Assembly (NCBI GenBank): GCA_934085585.1
Contig: CAKOHI010000007.1
Location: forward strand, 5,214-69,213
From: an uncultured Bacilli bacterium
GTDB lineage: Bacteria > Bacillota_I > Bacilli_A > RF39 > UBA660
Direction: 5' to 3'
Length of the DNA stretch: 64,000 nucleotides
Shown here: piece after piece, positions 9,915-18,702 of the stretch
How the letters are laid out: each line of letters begins with the position of its first letter
Numbering within the stretch: position 1 is the stretch's first letter
Made by a program: the position numbers and the translations under genes
Notes under the pieces: model-generated
Database searches by the model: none
What the model was told of the DNA's origin: nothing
The model's input: the letters and a program-made list of their open reading frames with translations, nothing else

Positions 9915-10778
9915 TTATCTTTTAAATGTTTTAAAATAAATATCTTTTAATCTATCACTAGAAATATGAGTGTATATTCCTGTTGTTGAGAGATTAGCAT
10001 GTCCGAGTAATTCTTGAACAGTTTTTATATCTGCTCCATTGTTAAGCAAATGAGTAGCAAATGTGTGTCTTAAAGTGTGTGGTGTAACATGAGTCTTAAT
10101 AGATATATGCTTCATTATATCTTTAATTATCAATTCAACTTCACTTACACTTAATTTTTCTTGTTTTTTATTGGTAAATAAATAATCTTTTACTTCAACT
10201 TTTTTTAAATATTCTTCTAAATACTTACTTGCATAATCACCAAAGTATACAATTCTTTCTTTACTACCTTTTCCCATTATTCTAATTGTTTTATTATTAA
10301 AATCAATATCTTTTAATTTAACATTAATCATTTCACTAACTCTACATCCAGTTGAATAAAACATCTCTATTAATAATCTTCTTTGTAATCCTTCCGTACT
10401 CGTAATATCAATTGATTCTAGTAATTCTTCAATTTCATTATAATTTAAATAATTAGGTAATTTCTTTTCCAACTTGGGATTTTTAACATTATGAAATACA
10501 TTACTTTCTACCAACCCTTCATCTAATAAATAATTATAAAATGTTCTTAATGTACTTATTCTTCTTGAGATGGTACTATTTTTTAAATTACATGAATCTA
10601 AATACTTTAAATATCCTCTTACTTCATTATTATTTATTCGTAAATAATTTATTTTACTTTTTTTTATATATTCAAAAAAATCAGTTAAATCTAACTGATA
10701 ACTTTTTATAGTAAATTCTGAATAATTTAATTCATTTTTTAGAAAGAATAAAAATTTATCTACTTGTACCTCTTTCAT
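9915..10778 (-). CDS. tyrosine site-specific recombinase (XerC/XerD family)
   Basis: N-terminal SAM-like core-binding region. Catalytic motifs are present: GCRVSE (Arg I), HTLRHTFATHLL (His-x-x-Arg), LGHANLSTTGIYTH (His + Tyr). Confidence 0.85.
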   Translation of the reverse strand: MKEVQVDKFLFFLKNELNYSEFTIKSYQLDLTDFFEYIKKSKINYLRINNNEVRGYLKYLDSCNLKNSTISRRISTLRTFYNYLLDEGLVESNVFHNVKNPKLEKKLPNYLNYNEIEELLESIDITSTEGLQRRLLIEMFYSTGCRVSEMINVKLKDIDFNNKTIRIMGKGSKERIVYFGDYASKYLEEYLKKVEVKDYLFTNKKQEKLSVSEVELIIKDIMKHISIKTHVTPHTLRHTFATHLLNNGADIKTVQELLGHANLSTTGIYTHISSDRLKDIYFKTFKR

Positions 10779-11331
10779 CCATATTCCTTTCTGAAGTAAT
10801 TTTATTTAGTTTGCTATATTCACTTTCTAATTCTTCTATTCGTCTTCTTGCTGTAATAATATCATCCCTTAATCCAGGACGTTCATTAGAATAAGTTTTA
10901 CTATCTTTTAGTTTATTATTAGTAAACTCAATTTCATATTCTTGTTCAGCAATTTCTTTTCTAATTTTTAATAAATCATCTTCTATTAGAATTAGAATAT
11001 CTTCTTCTTTTAAAGGAACTATTAAAGCTATATCATCGTCAGTTAAATAAGTCGCTTCATTAGGATTTTTCCTTCGATATTCGTTAACTAAAACCATTTG
11101 ATATTCTTTTCTTTTTGCCTCTCCGATTCTTATAATAAGTGGGATATCTTCTTTATCATTTTTTTGATATTTTTCATATTCCATTAAAAATGGTATATCA
11201 TCATTATTTAAAGGAAACATTAATGACACTTCTTCATCTGTTAAACTCATAGTTTCTTCGGAATGATTTTTTCTGTATTCTTTAACTAGTAACCCTTGAT
11301 ATTCTTTCATTTTTTCATCATTCAAATTCAT
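10756..11331 (-). CDS. hypothetical cytoplasmic protein with an internal duplication and a coiled-coil tail
   Basis: Two about 45-aa repeats (EYQGLLVKEYRKNHSEETMSLTDEEVSLMFPLNNDDIPFLM and EYQMVLVNEYRRKNPNEATYLTDDDIALIVPLKEEDILILI). Overlaps the xerC/D-like start by 23 nt and starts 3 nt after the upstream gene. Confidence 0.6.
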   Translation of the reverse strand: MNLNDEKMKEYQGLLVKEYRKNHSEETMSLTDEEVSLMFPLNNDDIPFLMEYEKYQKNDKEDIPLIIRIGEAKRKEYQMVLVNEYRRKNPNEATYLTDDDIALIVPLKEEDILILIEDDLLKIRKEIAEQEYEIEFTNNKLKDSKTYSNERPGLRDDIITARRRIEELESEYSKLNKITSERNMDERGTSR

Positions 11332-11333
11332 AA

Positions 11334-11972
11334 TTACTCCGCTTTTTCTATTCTTATATATCCATTTAATTGTTTATCTAAATTTCCATCTTGGCTTTCA
11401 CTTAAATTAACATATGTTACTTCTGCATTCCATTTTTCTAATACTTCACTTTCGGTCTCTAGATGACGATTTTTAGTTATATAAAATGTCCCAATTTTAG
11501 TAGTTATATCAAATCCTGATATTATAACACCTTTATTATCTGTTACTGTTACATAATCTAATCCTTCGATTTCTTTAATTTCTTCTCCGGATGGACCAAT
11601 AACTTTAATTAGTAACTCTGGACTATTATTTGAAGTTGAATATGTTAAAGTATTTTCTTCAATATTTAATAAAACATTATAATCAATTGTAGTCTTTTGT
11701 GAACCTTGATCACGTCTTAAATAAGCACTTGCAAACGTTGTATCAGATAAGGAATCCATTCCTTCTTTAAAATTTTCAACCGTAGGATTAATAAAAATCG
11801 GATTACCTATATCAAAAGATATAAAGTTTAAGTTTGCTGTTTCAACATCAAGTCTAGGTGATACATTTGATACTTTAATTACTGTGAAAAATGCAAATGT
11901 TGCCCCGGTCACAAGTGTTGATAATGCCACTATATATAATGCTAATAAAATATTTCTTGTCTTTTTACTCAT
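11334..11972 (-). CDS. secreted TasA/camelysin-like protein with a SipW-type signal peptide (putative fibre subunit)
   Basis: The N-terminus ...ALYIVALSTLVTGATFAFFTVIK matches the G-(G/A)-T-(F/Y)-A-(F/Y)-F junction of SipW-dependent signal peptides. It is a paralogue of the N-terminal third of the 607-aa neighbour (shared ISGFDITTK, EKWN, SF-x-x-G-x-P). Confidence 0.55.
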   Translation of the reverse strand: MSKKTRNILLALYIVALSTLVTGATFAFFTVIKVSNVSPRLDVETANLNFISFDIGNPIFINPTVENFKEGMDSLSDTTFASAYLRRDQGSQKTTIDYNVLLNIEENTLTYSTSNNSPELLIKVIGPSGEEIKEIEGLDYVTVTDNKGVIISGFDITTKIGTFYITKNRHLETESEVLEKWNAEVTYVNLSESQDGNLDKQLNGYIRIEKAE

Positions 11973-12000
11973 TTATATCACCTTTTCTTTTTATTCATTT

Positions 12001-13824
12001 TTAATTTATAATTATTGGATCACTCATTGTACCAGTTCCAGAGGCATATGTTGTTGTTGATGTTAGTAAAAATGTTGGATAAATTAAAAATGGTTTACTT
12101 GTTTCTGTGCTACTTACTAACCAATCATGTATCCAATATACTACATCAGCGGAATACGGATTTCTTGTTATTGGCCAAATTATTGTTCCTCTATTCAGCC
12201 AATTATCGTCATATTTAAAACCTCCCATAGTTGTAGTCCAATATGTTGGTGCATCTGCAAAAGCAAAATCTGTTAGATACATTAGACCAACTTTTGCATT
12301 ATAATTTATTTCGTCTGTTGTTGATGTACTTCCTGGCTCTGGATTTACCACTTCATTTTGATATGCTACGGATGGTACTACATCTTTTATTTTTTTTGGC
12401 GTATTCCCTCCAACTTTCCATGTTGTTGTTGCTATTTTATTTGACCAGATTGTTCCTATATTATTTAAATAATTTGTATTTAAGTTTGTTTTATTTAATA
12501 AGCTTGTGCTCCATGTATTTGTAGCACTATCGGTTGCTTTATAATTCCAATAGTAACCACTTAAAGCTTCATTCCCTTGTTCTTTATATTCTGATCTTGT
12601 TGGCGTGATATTTCCATAATAATCACCATTTGTTCCTAATAAATCGGATGAAGCCGAATTGTATTTTACTAACTTTACCAAAGATTTATCATTAATACCA
12701 TGGTAATTTGAATTAAATACACCAATAATACGGTATAAGTTCTCCGTTGGGCATGGTGTTTTATCAGTTCCAAAACACACAAAGTTTTTAATATTATCTT
12801 TTGTGAGATAACCATCTTCAACGGCTTTTTCTAGTGCTTCATTATATGTTGAATATTTATTTTTTGGGGTTTCATATTGTAGTGTATAATAAAATGTACC
12901 ATTACAACCATTACCTACGGAACTTTCTTCTTCATCGCAGTAAAATTTTACTAAATCATCTGACATTTCTGTGGTATAATAATGTATAATATTTATACCC
13001 TTTTCTGTTGCTTTATTTGTTAATTGATAATCTCCTCCAGCATATCTATATGAATTATCTCCAGCTCCATTTTCTAAATTTGCATCATGATAATATAATG
13101 TATTATCCTTTCCATTCATAGCTATAATACATGAACTTAATGTTTGACCACTTGAACATACTGTTGCCACAGTTTCTTTTATTTTTTCTTTTTGTATTAT
13201 TAGTTTAGCAGTAAAATCTTTGCCGGCATTTTTAGATTGATCTAGATTGTAGTTTACAAAAGTTATTGTTACATTCCATTTTTCTTCTGTTTTAGGATTT
13301 GCTGAAATTTCTTTATTACTTAATAAAGGTATTAAACCATTTTTGGTTGTTATATCAAATCCTGATATTTTTGTTCCTTTATTATCGGTTACTTCTTTGT
13401 ATGTTAATCCATCAATTGATGTTAATGGCGTTCCACTGGCACTTGTTATTGTAAGAATCATTTCAGGTGTATTTTCATCTTGCGTATAAATAAATGAATT
13501 ATTTGAAATATTTAAATACATATAATAATGGTCTGTTGCAGTATTTGTTTTGTTGTTAGCAGAAAGTATAGCACCAGCAAAAGTTGATGCTGATAAGCTA
13601 TCTTGATCTTTGGCAAAGTTATCTTGATCAATTGTAAATGATAAAGGGTCACCGGTTTCAAAAGATAAAACATCCACAGTATATGTTTGGACTTTTACAT
13701 TAGCTGGAGAACCACTATCAGTTTTTGCTTGAAAATAGGCATATGTTGCCCCTATTAATAATAACATAAGGGTTAATGATGCTATAACACTTAAAACAAT
13801 TGCTTTATTTTTTGCCATATCCAA
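12001..13824 (-). CDS. large secreted protein: SipW-type signal peptide + fibre-subunit-like N-domain + Cys-containing C-terminal module (putative adhesin)
   Basis: N-terminus ...LMLLLIGATYAYFQAKTD. Residues about 30-215 are paralogous to ORF 11334-11972. The C-terminal about 390 aa are paralogous to the C-terminus of ORF 21637-22926 (VCFGTDKTPC...LYRIIGVF...KLVKY, VGLMYLTDFAFA, YPTFLLTS..YASGTGTMSDPIIIN). Confidence 0.6.
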   Translation of the reverse strand: MDMAKNKAIVLSVIASLTLMLLLIGATYAYFQAKTDSGSPANVKVQTYTVDVLSFETGDPLSFTIDQDNFAKDQDSLSASTFAGAILSANNKTNTATDHYYMYLNISNNSFIYTQDENTPEMILTITSASGTPLTSIDGLTYKEVTDNKGTKISGFDITTKNGLIPLLSNKEISANPKTEEKWNVTITFVNYNLDQSKNAGKDFTAKLIIQKEKIKETVATVCSSGQTLSSCIIAMNGKDNTLYYHDANLENGAGDNSYRYAGGDYQLTNKATEKGINIIHYYTTEMSDDLVKFYCDEEESSVGNGCNGTFYYTLQYETPKNKYSTYNEALEKAVEDGYLTKDNIKNFVCFGTDKTPCPTENLYRIIGVFNSNYHGINDKSLVKLVKYNSASSDLLGTNGDYYGNITPTRSEYKEQGNEALSGYYWNYKATDSATNTWSTSLLNKTNLNTNYLNNIGTIWSNKIATTTWKVGGNTPKKIKDVVPSVAYQNEVVNPEPGSTSTTDEINYNAKVGLMYLTDFAFADAPTYWTTTMGGFKYDDNWLNRGTIIWPITRNPYSADVVYWIHDWLVSSTETSKPFLIYPTFLLTSTTTYASGTGTMSDPIIIN

Positions 13825-13873
13825 TACTCCTTTTACTCTATATCTTTTATTATATAATATTTTGTTTTTTTAT

Positions 13874-14473
13874 TCAATTATTTTTTGTATTTTTAGAATA
13901 AAGACATCCACAATAATCTTGACGATATAAATTATATTCTTTTGAATACTCTATTGATTTTTTATATCCATCACCTTTTTTAAAATCACTAAATAAATAT
14001 TTTATATCATGTTTTTCCCCTAAAATTTTGCCTAAAATATTTATTTGTTTACTATTTTTATGAGGACTTACAGTTAAAGTTGTGCCAAAGTATTCAAAGT
14101 TTAGTTCACGAGCTTTTTTGGCAGTAAACTCAAGCCTTAATCTAAAACAAACCGGACATCTTGCTTTACCTTCATTTTCATATTCTAAACCTTTAGTCTT
14201 AATATGAAATGTTTCATTATCATAATCACAATCTAAAAATTTAATATTTTCATGTTTAAATTCTTTTATAAATCTAATTTGTTCATTTTTTCTTTTTAAA
14301 TACTCTTCCATTGGCTCTATATTGGGATTATAATATAAAACAGTTATATTAAAATATGGAGCTAAATATGAAAGAACTTGCGTAGAACAAGGACCACAAC
14401 AACTATGTAATAATAAATTTGGCTTATATGTTAATGATTTAATTAATTTATCTAATTCATTCTGATAATTCAT
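13874..14473 (-). CDS. queH: epoxyqueuosine reductase QueH (DUF208)
   Basis: LLLHSCCGPCS motif near the N-terminus, a further Cys cluster (CPVCFRLR ... YCGC), and typical size. Confidence 0.8.
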   Translation of the reverse strand: MNYQNELDKLIKSLTYKPNLLLHSCCGPCSTQVLSYLAPYFNITVLYYNPNIEPMEEYLKRKNEQIRFIKEFKHENIKFLDCDYDNETFHIKTKGLEYENEGKARCPVCFRLRLEFTAKKARELNFEYFGTTLTVSPHKNSKQINILGKILGEKHDIKYLFSDFKKGDGYKKSIEYSKEYNLYRQDYCGCLYSKNTKNN

Positions 14474-15206
14474 TTTGCTCTTCTTCTTTCTTTTTTAATA
14501 AGTCAAATGTTTGAAATACAATTCCATTATTACTTGATGAATCCAAATTTAATACTCCTTTTTCATTTTCATTTAATGTGGCATATATTTCTTCATATTT
14601 ATTTAAATTATCCATATTTGCTAAATTAATATAAACATAATTACCATCATTCATTTTAAGTAAAAATCTATTTTTATCTATAGTTTTTTCATTTTTTATA
14701 TCCGGAGCATACTCTATTTCACTTACCATTTTTAATATATTTATATCTACACTACTTAATTTTTTTATTAAATTTTCATATATATCATTTGGCGTATAAT
14801 TAATTAATGTAGGAATTCCTAATGAATTAGTTAAATTATCCATTGTTTCTTTATTTTCTAAAACGTATTTTTTTTCTAAAGAATTATAAAATAAAACATT
14901 TTGTTCGTCAACTTTAACTAATAAGTTTCCATTTAACTTTTTAGAAATCTTGACATCTTTAATTATTTTATTTTCTTTTATATTCTCTTTTATTTTTCTA
15001 GTATTTAAACTTAATATTTTATTATATGATTTTATATTGCTTATAGAAATTATTTCATTATCACTTACAATCTTATTTCCTTTTATTATAATATTTTTGA
15101 TAGGTAAATTAAAATAATAATAAAAGATCATTATAAATAAATATAATGTTAAAATTATAACAAAAAGACCTTTTTTATTTAATTTCTTTTTTACCTTTTT
15201 TTTCAT
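14457..15206 (-). CDS. divIB: cell division protein DivIB/FtsQ
   Basis: Basic N-terminus + TM helix, POTRA-like segment (IKNIIIKGNKIVSDNEIISISNIK). Located immediately downstream of murB-murG. Confidence 0.7.
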   Translation of the reverse strand: MKKKVKKKLNKKGLFVIILTLYLFIMIFYYYFNLPIKNIIIKGNKIVSDNEIISISNIKSYNKILSLNTRKIKENIKENKIIKDVKISKKLNGNLLVKVDEQNVLFYNSLEKKYVLENKETMDNLTNSLGIPTLINYTPNDIYENLIKKLSSVDINILKMVSEIEYAPDIKNEKTIDKNRFLLKMNDGNYVYINLANMDNLNKYEEIYATLNENEKGVLNLDSSSNNGIVFQTFDLLKKKEEEQNELSE

Positions 15207-15209
15207 ATG

Positions 15210-16067
15210 TCACCACTTTACTATTATTTGTTCTAATTCTAAATCGATATTTTTTTCTTTCTTAATTTCTTTTTTAATTAAGTCAATTAAATATATTATA
15301 TCACTACTTTTAGCATTATTTTCATTAATTATAAAATTTGCATGTTTATCACTTATTTTTGCTCCGCCCTTTTTTGTGCCTTTTAAGCCGCATTCATCTA
15401 TTAGTTTTCCGGCGGATGTTTTATCTGGATTTTTAAATACTGATCCTGCTGATGGATATTCTAAAGGTTGTGAATTTCTTCTTTTTTCTAAATTTATTTT
15501 TATATTATCCCATGATTCTTTTACATTTCCTTTTTCTAATTTGAAAACTGCCCCGATAATAATTTTATTACTATTTTTTAAAGAAGTGTTTCGATACTCA
15601 TATTTAATATTTTCTTTACTTATTAGTTTTGTATAACCATTATCTAATACTAAAACGCTTATTAGTTCATCAAATATACACTTATTATTAGCACCAGCAT
15701 TACCTATGATAGCACCTCCGATAGAACCAGGTATTCCATATAAATTATCAAAATTAACATAGCCATTATCTAATGTTTTTTTTATAAATTCATTTAATGA
15801 TAAGCCACTACCGGCATAAACAAAATTACCATCTATTTTAAATTCATTTAATTTATCTAGTTTTATAATTGCTCCGTCAAAATCTTCATCTGGAAGTATA
15901 ACATTTGATCCCCCACCTAAAATATAATATTTTGTATTATCTTTATGTAGTTTTTCAAGTAACTCTTTTAATTCTATTATATTATTAGGTTTATACAAGT
16001 ATTTAGCTATACCTCCGATGTGGTATGTATTATATTTTTTTAAATCAATGTTTTCTTCATATTTCAT
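15210..16067 (-). CDS. murB: UDP-N-acetylenolpyruvoylglucosamine reductase
   Basis: FAD-binding region (LGGGSNVILPD), C-terminal AGSVFKNP and GGAKISDKHANFIIN motifs. Confidence 0.9.
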   Translation of the reverse strand: MKYEENIDLKKYNTYHIGGIAKYLYKPNNIIELKELLEKLHKDNTKYYILGGGSNVILPDEDFDGAIIKLDKLNEFKIDGNFVYAGSGLSLNEFIKKTLDNGYVNFDNLYGIPGSIGGAIIGNAGANNKCIFDELISVLVLDNGYTKLISKENIKYEYRNTSLKNSNKIIIGAVFKLEKGNVKESWDNIKINLEKRRNSQPLEYPSAGSVFKNPDKTSAGKLIDECGLKGTKKGGAKISDKHANFIINENNAKSSDIIYLIDLIKKEIKKEKNIDLELEQIIVKW

Positions 16068-17146
16068 TTTATTATTTCCTTTATTTCTTCATAAATTATA
16101 GTTGATGATGCCTTGGTATTTAATTTTTCTAAATTATTTTTAAATTCTTTATAAAGTTCATCATTATATACTAATTCATTTATCATTACTTTTATAATAT
16201 TGGAATTTAAATTCTTTTCTTCGATTAATTCTGATACTTTCATATTAGCTAAATCTAGGGCATTATAATATTGATGATTATTTGCTACATATGGACTTGG
16301 TATTAAAATACTTGGTATTTTTAAAGCTAATAATTCTGATATAGTTGATGCTCCAGCTCGTGATATAACTAAATAAGCATCTTTCATTATACTTGGTAGA
16401 TTATCATAAAAGGGTACTACTTTAACATTTTTAGAAAATTTTGTATCTTTAATAAACTCATCATAAAGTTTTGTTCCTGTTATATAAAGAACACTATATG
16501 ATTCATTATCTATAGTACTTAAATAAGCTTTAAATTTATTATTTAAAGATTCACTTCCTAAAGATCCTGCGACAATAATTATTAATTTATCATTTGGCTT
16601 AAATCCTAATGTGGATTTAGATACTTTTTTTACTGTTAAGGCATTTTCACCACATGGATTTCCAGTATAAACTAATTTTTTGGCTTTTTTAAAATAATTT
16701 TTACTATTTTTAAATGATATTCCTACTAAATCTACAAACTTTGATAAATAAACATTTGATTTTCCCGGAATACTATTTTGTTCATGAATAAATGTTTTAA
16801 TATTAAGTTTTTTTGCAGCTTTAATTACTGGGTATGTTACATATCCTCCGCATCCAATTACTATATCTGGCTTAAATTCTTTCATTATTTTTAAGCATTT
16901 GTTCATAGATTTTTTTATTAAGGAAATATTTTTTATGTCTCTTAAAATATTAGTTTTACTAAAACCATATATTTCTAAATCTATATATTTTATTCCCATT
17001 TTTGGTACTATTTCTTTTTCCATTCTATTGTGGGTTCCAATATATATTACTTCTAAATCTTTTTCCATTTCTTGAAATTTTTTTATAATTGCTAAAGCTG
17101 GATATATGTGTCCTCCAGTTCCACCTGCAGAAACGATTATTTTCAT
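16064..17146 (-). CDS. murG: undecaprenyldiphospho-muramoylpentapeptide beta-N-acetylglucosaminyltransferase
   Basis: GGTGGHIYPALAI N-terminal motif and a GT28 C-terminal pattern (RAGASTISELLALKIPSILIPSPYVANNHQYYNA). Confidence 0.9.
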   Translation of the reverse strand: MKIIVSAGGTGGHIYPALAIIKKFQEMEKDLEVIYIGTHNRMEKEIVPKMGIKYIDLEIYGFSKTNILRDIKNISLIKKSMNKCLKIMKEFKPDIVIGCGGYVTYPVIKAAKKLNIKTFIHEQNSIPGKSNVYLSKFVDLVGISFKNSKNYFKKAKKLVYTGNPCGENALTVKKVSKSTLGFKPNDKLIIIVAGSLGSESLNNKFKAYLSTIDNESYSVLYITGTKLYDEFIKDTKFSKNVKVVPFYDNLPSIMKDAYLVISRAGASTISELLALKIPSILIPSPYVANNHQYYNALDLANMKVSELIEEKNLNSNIIKVMINELVYNDELYKEFKNNLEKLNTKASSTIIYEEIKEIIK

Positions 17147-17197
17147 AAATAAATCACCTTAATACAATTATACACTAAAAATTATAATTTTTATAAC

Positions 17198-17785
17198 TTA
17201 TTTTAACATTTTATAATCATCTATGATATATTTTACATCTTTTTTAATTTTAATTGTTCCATATATTATTACATCTATACCTCTTTTTTTAAAATTGGCT
17301 ACAATTATATCGTTTGCAACTATATCTAATAAACAAATAAAATCTAGATTGTAATCTGCATCACTATTTAAAACATAGTTTAAGACTCCATACTTATATT
17401 TACTATTTAAATTTTTTAATTCTTCAATAACTTTATTATTAAAAGACATTAAATAATAGTTATGATTATATTTATTTAGTAGTTTTAATAACTTTGTTTT
17501 GTTTATATCGTTTTCTTTAATTTCAAGTAATAATATTTTATCTGTTTTTATTTTTAATAAGTCTTCAAGTAAAGATATATCTTTCATTTCTTTATAATAA
17601 GTATTTCTTACTAAATTACCTTTATATAAAATATTGTGATAAATAATAAACTTATTATCACAAGTAGTTCTAATATCACATTCTATCCCAATATATTTGT
17701 TGCTTTCAAGTCCATTTTTTAACGCTTCATATGAATTATCTTTTATAGATTTATTCCAAAGTCCTCGATGTGCAATTAAATTCAT
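17198..17785 (-). CDS. glycerophosphodiester phosphodiesterase family protein
   Basis: IAHRGLW start motif and ECDIR motif typical of the GDPD fold. Short form of the family. Confidence 0.65.
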   Translation of the reverse strand: MNLIAHRGLWNKSIKDNSYEALKNGLESNKYIGIECDIRTTCDNKFIIYHNILYKGNLVRNTYYKEMKDISLLEDLLKIKTDKILLLEIKENDINKTKLLKLLNKYNHNYYLMSFNNKVIEELKNLNSKYKYGVLNYVLNSDADYNLDFICLLDIVANDIIVANFKKRGIDVIIYGTIKIKKDVKYIIDDYKMLK

Positions 17786-17824
17786 AAAAAAAACACCCTA
17801 GTAAAGTATACTAAAGTATTTTTA

Positions 17825-17914
17825 TTAAAATGCTACCATAACAGAAATATATATTAGTAATAAAATTACACTCACTAATGATATTTTTGTTATATTTAAT
17901 TTATTATCTTTCAT
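17825..17914 (-). CDS. possible 29-aa membrane peptide (MKDNKLNITKISLVSVILLLIYISVMVAF)
   Basis: Read by hand. ATG at 17914-17912 is preceded by GAGGAatat. One hydrophobic helix. Below the ORF-track length cut-off. No homology evidence. Confidence 0.3.
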   Translation of the reverse strand: MKDNKLNITKISLVSVILLLIYISVMVAF

Positions 17915-17986
17915 ATATTCCTCAATTCTTATTAATTTTATCAAAAATTGATATATATATCAAGATCCTTATTTATTTTTTGACAA

Positions 17987-18289
17987 TCATTTGTCAGATT
18001 CTTCAGTAATTTTTTCCCATTTAGCTTCAAGATTTATATTTTTCTTAATTGGGGTATTAAAATCGAATTTTTCACCATCTAAATACCAACCTAAAAATTT
18101 ATATTCACTACTTTCTGGTGTGGCAGGTTCTGTAATTTTTTCTCCGACTTTCACACTAATCGGTGCTATACCCGCTCCGATTTTAGCTGTAAATGAAACT
18201 GTTACTGTTCTAAAATACATAAAATATAAAATTACGCATAAGGCAATAACACTTCCAAATATAAGTATCAGACTTGTTTTATTTTTCAT
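17987..18289 (-). CDS. small membrane-anchored protein with one flg_new (Listeria-Bacteroides) repeat
   Basis: N-terminal TM helix. EYKFLGWYLDGEKFDFNTPI is the hallmark of the InlB B-repeat/flg_new repeat. Confidence 0.6.
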   Translation of the reverse strand: MKNKTSLILIFGSVIALCVILYFMYFRTVTVSFTAKIGAGIAPISVKVGEKITEPATPESSEYKFLGWYLDGEKFDFNTPIKKNINLEAKWEKITEESDK

Positions 18290-18291
18290 TT

Positions 18292-18702
18292 TTATCTTCC
18301 CTTTCCTATTTCTTCAGTTAATTCCATAACATGAACTTTCTTTAATTCTAATTCTAAAATATATAATTTTTTTAAATATTTTTCTAAAACATTTTTTTTC
18401 AAACCTTTTTCTTTTAATGATAAAAGATATTCTTTTATTCTTTCAATTTCTGTATATGCTGTTAAAACATCTCCGCTGGTTGTATCAGGATTTGACACAA
18501 AAGAAAAAATAATTTTTAGTAAGCGTTCATATTCTTTACTTATTTTATGTTCCCAGATTTCACTTAACATATCAGGATCTAATATCGTAATTTTTTTAAC
18601 TTCTTTATAACTTTTTTTGGGTGTAAAAGAATAACTAACTTTTTCTTGATATAATAAGATATCATTATCTTCTTTATTGTTTTTTAAAATGTAACTATTC
18701 AT
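18292..18702 (-). CDS. hypothetical protein
   Basis: ORF overlaps the trmD stop by 8 nt and ends 3 nt before the next gene. No motif recognised. Confidence 0.5.
   Translation of the reverse strand: MNSYILKNNKEDNDILLYQEKVSYSFTPKKSYKEVKKITILDPDMLSEIWEHKISKEYERLLKIIFSFVSNPDTTSGDVLTAYTEIERIKEYLLSLKEKGLKKNVLEKYLKKLYILELELKKVHVMELTEEIGKGR

Noticed and set aside
12015-12524. Three overlapping plus-strand ORFs (12015-12218, 12107-12304, 12243-12524)
   Set aside because: All are antisense to the 607-aa gene, which has clear paralogy support. Their translations are Leu-rich low-complexity sequence.
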